Below, in pieces: positions 24,216 to 33,000 of a stretch of 33,000 nt of DNA (position 1 is its first letter; each line of letters begins with the position of its first letter). Where the stretch lies: positions 41,416,001 through 41,449,000 of the forward strand of contig NC_043001.1 of assembly GCF_006345805.1 (NCBI RefSeq), given 5' to 3'. Below the pieces are notes generated by a model. It saw only the letters and a program-made list of their open reading frames with translations, did no database searches and was not told where the DNA came from. The DNA comes from Octopus sinensis (lineage: Eukaryota). A program made the translations under genes and the position numbers.

Positions 24216-25709
24216 ACATATAAGAATATAAATTATACACAGATGCATATTAGATGCATCAGTGGTAATTAAAAAAAAGTCTTTATTACACATTTAATAG
24301 TTTCATGATTTTTGCTGGTACATTTCTAATTATCTTATTAGTTCAGTACCATTTTTTACTTTGATTATAAGCTTTAGAATATCCAGACACACTGATGAGA
24401 TATTTCACTATCCTAACAACACTTAGTCATTTATGTATTGAAAACTGCAGGCAACAGTACAGAACTACTATTCACTAGTGGAATTTTACTCTGATTTCCT
24501 TTGTTATGTAACTACAGAGTTAAGAACAAGTATATGAAATACAAAGGAACAAAATAGAAAAAGCATCAGATGAGAACTGAACCCACTTAAGAATATAGTA
24601 TCAAAATGCATTAACCCTTTTGTTTCCACAGGGTTTGATTGACAGTATAAATGCTAACTAGACAAGCAGATACCCCCATACATTAAGTTTATGAAGATGG
24701 ATGTATTTGACAACTACTATTTCAAACTTACGTTTTATAAATTTTAAACAGCCAATCTCATACTGAGATGATTGCAAGGCAATTGTGTGCATGTGGCAGT
24801 GGTTATAAAGCAGTCCTGTCAAGTTTTAAATTAGGCATATAACATCCTTCCATATGTATGTTGAGAGAAAAGTGGTGAGAGAGAATTGTATGTCACTAAT
24901 TTTTTAATTAATCATGTATTTTTAAATTTCTATACTCCTATAATATGATTCACAAAAACAAAAAATTTATACTTCCTGTTAATAATGAATCCTTTTATTA
25001 TGTGTTTTAAAATGAAACCAAAACAAGTTAAATTGCTTTATTACAAATTGTATTACAATAAATTCTCCAATATTGCCAACAATAAATTTGTCTCCAAAGC
25101 ACATTTTACATTCATGAAATTTCATTCCTTTTTATTTATATTTTAAATATGAAATAGTGTCTAGAACAAACTGTATATAATGGAAAAGAACAAAATTTTA
25201 TATGAAAACTATAAAAAAAAACTTATTGAAAAAGAAAATACTAATTCAATACAACAATACTGCTAAAGGCTTTAACAACAATTCTTTTAAAAAATAGCAT
25301 TCATAAAAATTATGGCAATCAAAGTATGGTATCATCCAAAGAAAATAAAATATTGAGTACCAATTTGTAAAAACTGGAAATAACAAAGTAACTGACTGGT
25401 GAAAAATTACCCAGTATACCCAGCCTAACTTTGTTAGCATAACAAAACGTAAACAAACAAACCAATACATAAATAGAAATAAATAAAAGAACGAACACAT
25501 TCCCTCTAATTTTTCCCCCCACCATTACATGTAGACAGTAATCTCAAATTTGAATCTTCTAAATCCCAGGCTGATTCTTATTTACACACACATACAAACA
25601 AACAAGATGAAATGTATTTCATTCATGTAGATGAATTTATCATTCTGTCACCTGAAGGTTTACAAGAGAAACTGAGTTGTAATGTACTCAATCAGCTTTC
25701 AATGAACAT

Positions 25710-25773
25710 ATTTTATTTTATTTTATTTTATCTAGTTTCAGCTCATGAGCTGCGGCCATGCTGGGGCACCGCC
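25710..25773 (-). mobile_element. Retroposon 3' tail (same terminal module as family A SINEs) with an (ATTTT)n end
   Basis: Reverse complement ggcggtgccccagcatggccgcagctcatgagctgaaactagat(aaaat)n. Confidence 0.65.
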
Positions 25774-25934
25774 ATTTGGTGATGCTACATGATTTTACTT
25801 CACGAATGCTTTTTAGCAATTGCCATTTGGAGCATGAGAGAGTTCAATGCAGCTGCCCTCATCTGCACCTCCTGCCGTGAAGTTGGTTCATCTGGGACAC
25901 CTGACATATAATAATAATAATAATAATAATAATG

Positions 25935-26300
25935 ATGGTTTCAAATTTTTGCCACAAGGGCAGCCATTTTGGGGGAGGGGATGAATCAATTACATTGGGC
26001 CCAGTGTTCAACTGGTACTTATTAAATCAACCCCAAAAGGATGAAAGGCAAAGTCAACCTCAGCAATGGATGAAATACAGCTAAACATTTCATCCAGCAT
26101 GCTAATAATTCTGCCAATCCTTTCTGCTATAGGCACAAGGCCTAAAATTTGTGGGGATCACATCAACTCCAGTACTTGACTGGTATTTAATTTATTGACC
26201 ATGAAAGGACGAAAGGCAAAGTTGACCATGGTGGAATTTGAACTTAAAACGTAGCAATGGGCGAAATACCGCTAAGCTTCTGCCAGCTCGTTGCCTCAAT
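25935..26300 (-). mobile_element. Two head-to-tail family D SINE copies (tRNA-derived, Nin-like central domain)
   Basis: Both contain gaaagg..gaaaggcaaagt..acc. Copy 1 (25935-26120) has lost its B box; copy 2 (26121-26300) keeps aagttcaaattcc on the minus strand. The Nin-domain resemblance is recalled, not searched. Confidence 0.8.
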
Positions 26301-26339
26301 AATAATGATAATGATAAATAAATAAATATATTTATATTA

Positions 26340-26500
26340 GAAGGCTTGGAGGTGATGTACAGGTATTATATATTAGAAGAAATAGGGTACTCAGAAATCT
26401 GGATGGTTTTATATTTACAGATTTTTATTAATATATCACATTTTTATAAATCATATATTAGCGCTTGTATCCACTCTAGTGGATTCTTCGTCAGTAGAAT
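26340..26500 (-). mobile_element. Solo pseudo-LTR-like fragment with a decayed hammerhead motif
   Basis: Minus strand CTGACGAa-gaatccac-taga-gtggatac-AAGCGCTA, followed by aataaaaatctg...atccagatttctgagtac. That tail resembles the one downstream of the hammerhead at 31755-31790. Confidence 0.5.
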
Positions 26501-26503
26501 AAT

Positions 26504-26798
26504 GTTTGCCTCTCAAACCCTCTTTCATGGGGCCGAAGAGATGATAGTCCAGTGACGAGGAAGTGAAAACTGTAGTGAAGAAATGGCTCAATTTACAGTC
26601 AACAGAATTTTACGGGGTAGGGATACATACTCTCATTCAAAGATAGAACATTGCTATTGAGAGAAACGGTGACTATGTTGAGAAGTAGGGATGTGATCCA
26701 CAGAGACCAGCTTCATTTTGATGTAGGATACATGCTCCTGTGTTGGTAATTATACCTGTCCTAAAACAAAATGGCTTAATTTTTAACTTACCTTCGTA
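26504..26798 (+). mobile_element. 3' end of a mariner element
   Basis: Translation SSDEEVKTVVKKWLNLQSTEFYGVGIHTLIQR*NIAIERNGDYVEK* is a typical mariner C-terminus. Ends aacttaccttcgTA, resembling a TACGAGGG-type TIR. Confidence 0.8.
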
Positions 26799-27416
26799 TA
26801 GATACTTTAAAATTAGGTAGGTAATGTTATCCTTACATTCTAAAAAATACTGTTAAAGGTAAGCCTGTACATCCTTTTTCCCATGATTATTGTCCGTCTT
26901 ACTGAATTACAGCAAGTGTTTCTGTAACAAACTATTAGAGGCAATATGTTTGAGTGAATAAGACAATTGGAAATATCAGCTCATAGATCTTGTATTCTAA
27001 TCTTTCATGTTATGTATTCCAGCAATACACTTACTTCTATATACTTCACTTTATTTAGACAACTGAAAATGAATGCCAAATCTAGGAAAGGTTATCTCTT
27101 AACAGTCTAGTGTTCAATCCATAAAACAATCCCATCCTAACACAATTGATTAGCATAGAAGAAATATTATTAAGGGATATAGTTTATATATTTAACACAG
27201 CCATTTCTTAAATCATTGAATGAGAAACCATTGCTACATATGCAATGGGAAGAATGATGTTAGACAAATAAAATATAAATATACAAAGAACAGATTAGTC
27301 CTATGTGTATCTTGAACACATATCAGCTGGTAAACTGGATCAAGTGGTGTGAGCCTAGCATCCACACATTTTCTTTGTATTTTATTTATCTATTATCATG
27401 CTTACATTCAATATCT

Positions 27417-27630
27417 TGATTTCAAAGTTTGGCACAAGGCCAGCAATTTTGGAGTCGGGGCTAGTCAATTACTTCAACCCCAGTACTCAACTGGTACTTT
27501 TTTTATCAACTCCGAAAGGATGAAAGGCAAGGTCGACCTCGGTGGAATTTGAACTCAGAATGTAAAGATGGGTGAAATACTGCTAAGCATTTTGCCCACA
27601 TGCTAATGATTCTGCCAGCTCATTGCCTTA
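27417..27630 (-). mobile_element. Full-length family D SINE
   Basis: Minus strand aaggcaatgagctggcagaatcattagc (A box), ctgagttcaaattccaccgagg (B box), tcgaccttgcctttcatcctttcggagttgataaaaaaagtaccag. Confidence 0.85.
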
Positions 27631-28067
27631 TTTACATTCCATATATTGACTTGAAAAGTGTAAATATTTACTGTAGAGCTAGAATTTCCCCTTCACCATT
27701 GTTAATGCTGCTAATTTACAATAAACAGATATTTATACAATAGTTAGTCATTTTGTTCTTGAGCAAAATACAATAATTTATAGGAAGAAATCTGTCATCT
27801 TGATTACATTTTTGTTCTGACTCAACAAACTCATTTCTCACATTCAAACAAACATTCTTAAGCTGATTTTGTCTTTCACTTTCAAACATCTACCTTTCAT
27901 GACTACTTTTAACTGACAAACATAATCTCTTTGAAACACTAGATGTTACCTAATGTATCTCTGAAAACCCAAAATCAGCAATTATAAACAACTCACTACT
28001 GAAATGAAAAAAAAAAGTTCTTATAATGTAACTGACATACCCTAAACAAAAACCACATCCAAAATAT

Positions 28068-28499
28068 TGATTTCAAATTTTGGCACAAGGCCAGCAAGTT
28101 GAGGGGAGGAGGTAAATTGATTTCATTGACCTCAGTATTTAACTGGTACTTATTTTATCGACTCTGAAAGGATGAAAGACAAAGTAAACCCCAACAGAAT
28201 TTGAACACAGAACATGAAGATGAACAAAATTCTGCTAAGCATTTTGCCCAGCATGCTAATTCTTTCAGCTTGCTACCTTAACCACATTCAAATTTTGGCA
28301 CAGGGCCAGCAACCTCGGGGAAGGAGGTAAGTCAATTACATTGACCCCACTGCTCAACTGGTACTTATTTTATTGACCCCCTAAAGGATGAAAGGCAAAG
28401 TTGACTTTGGCAGAATTTGAACTTTGAACATAAAGACGGATGAAATGTCGCTAAGCATTTTACCCAGCATGCTAATGATTCTGCCAGCTTCCTGCCTTA
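28068..28499 (-). mobile_element. Head-to-tail dimer of family D SINEs inside one target-site duplication
   Basis: Copies at 28068-28280 and 28287-28499. Flanked by aaccacatccaaaatattg (28051-28069) and aaccacacctaaaatattg (28499-28517), 17 of 19 identical. Confidence 0.85.
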
Positions 28500-29093
28500 A
28501 CCACACCTAAAATATTGCCAGACATTTATGACGGAAATTTTAAAGTATCTTTTGAGATAGCAAAAACTGTATTTACTGTAATTACAAATTCTTCATAAAA
28601 TCAGAAACCTCTTTAATTGAAAATATGTCAAGGATCATTGTTGGGAGCAATGACCCATGCCACACATAATCCAAGACCAAACTAACATATCACATTAAAA
28701 AGAGAATCATCCAAGCAGCTCCTACTGCATTCAATATCTGGTACGTCACTAATTCCTGTCTTCCTCTAACCTTTTAATACTACAACAGTAGTCACAGCTA
28801 AACATGTTTTATATCTGCTATGTTTAATCATAGCCTTTCTCATATCTTAAGAGCTTAACCAAACCTTTTGTTTGATCATAGATCTCTGGAGGTTGCTAGG
28901 AAAATCACATGGTGTCATTTACTCAAATGATCAATTGTTTTTAAATCATATTTTTCTTATTTAGAAACACACACACACAAATATACATAGAAAGAGGGAG
29001 AGAGTGTGTGTGTGTGTGTTTGAAGTGGTGTACAGATATTGTATACTGAAAAATAAGGAGGCAGTCAGAATTTTGGATAATTCCTTATCATAT

Positions 29094-29149
29094 AATTCGT
29101 TATTATTAGCACTTTCATTTGTTTAAACAGACTCTTCAAGATAAGAATT
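29094..29149 (-). ncRNA. Decayed type I hammerhead motif in the left arm (counterpart 31710-31765 on +)
   Basis: Minus strand aattcttat-CtTGAAGA-gtctgtttaaacaaat-GAAAGTGCTA-ataataacgaatt. Stem I ttat/ataa is in register with the core; the core carries an extra T. Confidence 0.45.
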
Positions 29150-29296
29150 AAAATAAAAATGATAAAAACAGAGCATTTCTGTATTCTGTTATGTGATGTT
29201 CTTTGCTTTGTTTCTTTTTACTTGTTCTATGGATGTTTTTTGCTCTGTTTAGAAGAAAGAATTTTTTTTTTTTGAGAAAGGGTGGAAAAGTAAATA

Positions 29297-29384
<88 letters not shown>
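29297..29384. repeat. (TAGA)n(GA)n microsatellite
   Basis: Direct reading. Confidence 0.95.
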
Positions 29385-29391
<7 letters not shown>

Positions 29392-30136
29392 TCAATTACA
29401 TTGTTTTGAAGACAAGAGAAGAAGAAAAATGTTATTAACATTGGAACTACATTCAGAAATAACAGTAACTGTGTAATATAAATGTTATCACATCATCATT
29501 TGAAGGGGTGTTCATGTATATTGTCTCTGCTTCTCTTTCTAATCAATTTGACAAAATGCAGTTCCTCTGCTTCTCTTTCAAACATTTAATTTTGGAGAGA
29601 ATCTTCTGATGAAGTGTAGCTTCATTGCTTTTCAGGACTTTGGGTCATCTCTTGAACATTTGTAAAAAGAGAAGATTTTGAATTTTCCTTCACTGCATAT
29701 TTCTAGATGCTTGCTCAGAGGAACCCTGTGTAGTTCCTTTTGTCGGATGTACTGACTACGGATTCTTGCATGCTGGCAAAGGGAATTTTTTATTTCATTA
29801 ATAAATTTATCATTGCCACTGGGGCAAGTAATGCAGTATATGAGATTCTGCGTTTTGCAGTTCATATCTGCATTTATTTTGAATGAGAATCCACTCTTGA
29901 ATTTTATGTGAAAACCACTTTCTAAATATGTGAAGTTGTTGTTGCATTTCCACATCTGCTATCTCCACATTCTTTTACAGAGAATTCTAATTCATTCTCT
30001 GATATGAATTCTGCCCTTGTAAGGTGTTTTTTGAGATTTTTTGACTAGCATCTACTGTTTTGAAAGAGGTTTTCATCAATCAGATTTTTCATTTAGGGGC
30101 TTTGTAGAAGTACTGGTAGGTTTGATTTTATGGTGA

Positions 30137-31540
30137 GAGAGGAATTCAAGACAGGATGCCATTGGGAGCTCCTCTATGCTGATGACCTTGCTCTAATAGC
30201 TGAGCCATTATCAGAACAAGAGAAGTTTCAGGTATGGAAGCAAGCTCTAGAACTGAAGGGCCTTAGAGTCAATCTAGCAAAAACTAAAGTCTTAGTAAGA
30301 AGGTAGATAAATCACAAATCCCTTCAGGTAGGTAGAAATTCTATAAGATTTACCTGGTGTAAGCTATGGACACATAAGAGGTGCAATAATATCAAAGGAA
30401 GGCTAACTGGGAAGATAGTAGTTTTTGTGTGTGGCAGATGCACAGGAACAATAGACACTGAAAATGTGCAGAAAACAGCTTCCATCACATGCCAAGGAGA
30501 AAAATTAGAAGTAGTTGATAGCTTCCGTTACCTAGGTGACCAAGTCAGTAGCAAGGATGGATGCTCTGAGAGCATAGCTGCTAGAATAAGAATAGCTTGA
30601 ACAAAGTTCAAAGAGCTCCTACCTCTACTGGTAACAAAGGGCGTCTCACTCAGAGTGAAAGGTAGACTGTATGATGCATGTGTGCGAACAGCCATGATAC
30701 ATGGCAGTGAAACATGGGCTGTGACTGCTGTGGACATGTGTAAACTTACAAGAAATGAAGCTAGTATCTCCACTAAATGTGTAATGCCAGTGTGCATTCA
30801 CGACAGAGTGTAAGCACCCTGAGAAAAAATTTGGACATAAGAAGTATCAGATGTGGTGTACAAGAGAGATGACTGTGCTAGTATGGTCATGTGTTGCATA
30901 TGGATGAGGATATCTATTTGAAAAAGTGTCACACCCTAACAGTGGAGTGAACCTGTGGAAGAGATAGACTCAGGGAGACCTGGGATGAGGTGGTGAAGCA
31001 TGACCTTCAAATGTTGAGTCTCACAAAAGCAATGACAAGTGACCAAGACCTTTGGAGGTATGCTGAGCTTGAGATCTGGCAAGCCATGGCCTATGCTAGT
31101 GTCACATAACCAGACCATTTAAGAGTATCCTTCAATCATTGGGCAATATACTGTGCTTGAGAAAACCTGTTGAGTCAAGTGAAATCATTGTCATGACCAA
31201 TGCCAGTACTGACTGGCACCCATGCTGGTGGCACATAAAAAGCACCATATGAACATGGTCAATGCCAATGCCGTCTTAATGGTCCAATGTTGGTGGCACA
31301 TAAAAAGCACCATTCGAGTGTGGTCGATGCCAGTACCACCTGACTGGACCCCATGCCAGTGGCATGTAAAAAGCACACACTACACTCTTGGAATGGTTGG
31401 CATTAGGAAGGGCATCCAGCTGTAAAAATCTTGCCAGATCAAACTGGAGCCTGGTGCAGCCTCCTGGTTTACCAGTCCTCAGTCAAACTGTCCAACCCAT
31501 GTCAGCATGGAAAGCGGACGTTAAACGATGATGATGATGA
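30137..31540 (+). mobile_element. 5'-truncated RTE-clade LINE with a (GAT)n tail
   Basis: EEFKTGCHWELLYADDLALIAE (YADD at 30175-30186), KGLRVNLAKTKVL, LEVVDSFRYLG, VKGRLYDACVRTAMIHGSETW. Long 3' UTR ending cggacgttaaacgatgatgatgatga. Contains stops and frameshifts. Confidence 0.92.
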
Positions 31541-33000
31541 AAATGTTGGTTACCCCAGGATTGTACATATTGATAAAGGAATTGTGTTCATTAGTTTTTT
31601 TTCCTTTGGTGTTATTAGTTGCATGATGTTTAGTTTCATCGCTTTTTTAATTCCATCATTTATAAATTCTAAAGGGTATTTCTGTTTTTATTGTTATCAT
31701 TTTGATTTTAATTCTTATCTTGAAAAGTTCGTTCAAACAAACAAAAATGCTAATAATAAAGAATTATATAATTATCCAAAATTCTGACTGCTCCTTTTTT
31801 TCAAGATATATATATATTATTCTAATTAAATGTGGGACATAGATATATGAAAACAGAAACCTCTCATTTGAGGTTTTACACCTTCTAAGTACACAGGTAA
31901 ATTCCAGGGATCTTTGATTCTACATCACTATAATTTTTCAAGTATGAAGAATCTAATTGCTGCCAACTGGACTTGAAACAGAATTCTAAGTTAAACATCT
32001 AATTTTATATTATACTTGACCCTTCACTATACTGTCAATCTTGCAAAGGATAAATTCAATTAGAGCTATCAATTGGAATGCATGCGCTTAAATTCTACTG
32101 ATTAATTTCTATCTGTGGGGCAAAATTACAGCAATGCAACAAAGCAAAATATTATCAGGAATTGATAGATATTATATACTGAAGTGATCAGTCTTTCAAT
32201 GCTGAATGAATGTGATCACTCTTTCAATGTTAATCACTTAAACAATGTTAAAAAAAAAATGAAAGCTCTGAGTTGCATGCCAAAACAAAGGAGAGGCGTG
32301 CAGTGAAGACAAAGCAGAATTGGTCAACTTAGGAGAAACAAAGAAAGCTATTGGTATTTTTCAGACTGAAAGGATTGCAATGGAGCAGCTAAGATGAAAC
32401 TCTATTCAGAATGCCAAACATAACTTTGCTGACTGGTTATCAGACCCAAGTACAAAGAGATCTAGTCCAAATACAATTATTTTATTGATTAAAAGAAAGT
32501 GGGAATGCTCAAAATCTACATACTCAGTTAATTAACATTTAAATGATTATGATATAAATAAAAACTTTTAAATTTTAATACACTTAATTAAAATTTGTAA
32601 GTTTAATTTTGAAGTTAGTTGAAATTTTAGTTTAAAAATGTATTCCTGTGTTATGCAAATTTATAATAATGAAAGCTAATTAACTTGCTAATGAAAATGA
32701 AAGCTTATAATAGTTAAATTAGTGTTAATTTATTAAATACATAGAGCATTAAAAAAAATTAAGAAATAATATTGAGGACAAGATTGTTCAGTGGTTATCA
32801 AGGAAAAATAAAATTGTTTAGAGAATATCTTGGAGATACTATCCTTTACTATTACAATAGCTCATTAAAGTATTTAGGTAGAAACAGGCCTACACCTCAT
32901 CTCTATAGGGCATATGTAAACTATATTAAGAGTTGTACAATGGTTATAGTGAAATCGGAAAATGACAAAAAAAATCATACAAGATAAATATATTGCTAGT

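Larger units (their letters stand above)
29047..31803 (-). mobile_element. 5'-truncated Penelope-like element with inverted pseudo-LTR arms, interrupted by an RTE insertion
   Basis: Minus-strand coding relic: KQKYPLEFINDGIKKAMKL...YNPGVTNIF (31680-31541) continues in frame across the RTE as TIKSNLPVLLQSP*MK...NLKKHLTRAEF..VKECGDSRCG.C, then a GIY-YIG domain MNCKTQNLIYCITCPSG...PLSKHLEICSEGKFKIFSFYK (ORF 29632-29955) and HFIRRFSPKLNV*. Arms 29047-29171 and 31681-31803 are diverged inverted copies. Confidence 0.8.

Noticed and set aside
19511-28499. tRNA-like A/B boxes as tRNA genes, and repeated units as a CRISPR array
   Set aside because: The boxes are SINE heads with no cloverleaf. The repeats are dispersed SINEs without regular repeat-spacer structure, in eukaryotic DNA.
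625-29441. ORFs rich in HT/YI/CV/LS dipeptides (e.g. 625-819, 6717-6965, 15811-16002, 29148-29441)
   Set aside because: Translations of microsatellites.
29461-29500. Minus-strand atgatga-tgtg...caca-gttac hammerhead-like string
   Set aside because: Both core motifs are broken; too degenerate to call.
31431-31787. Longest ORF in the track (118 aa)
   Set aside because: Chance read-through of the RTE 3' tail into the antisense strand of the Penelope relic.
32772-32987. 71-aa ORF near the window end
   Set aside because: TTG start, no acceptor polypyrimidine tract and no recognised motif.

Overview
AT-rich eukaryotic non-coding DNA with one 100-N assembly gap (21357-21456). The repeat complement (tRNA-derived SINEs, an RTE LINE with a (GAT)n tail, Penelope-like and Tc1/mariner relics, many microsatellites) resembles an octopus/cephalopod genome; this is inferred from recalled family resemblance, not a search. 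No cellular protein-coding gene could be identified. The ORF track is mostly microsatellite noise or decayed transposon coding sequence. The main signal is three fold-back (inverted-repeat) structures with one shared architecture: 1923-3516 (interrupted by a 1001-bp solo LTR with an AGGT TSD), 5579-6121 (two 243-bp arms, identical by eye) and 29047-31803 (arms enclosing a GIY-YIG Penelope-like ORF split by an RTE insertion). Their outward-facing arms end at or near (TA)n and carry decayed type I hammerhead-ribozyme motifs, which fits Penelope-like elements with inverted pseudo-LTRs. A fourth, solo hammerhead-like remnant lies at 26451-26500, and a perfect 46-bp palindrome lies at 20065-20110.
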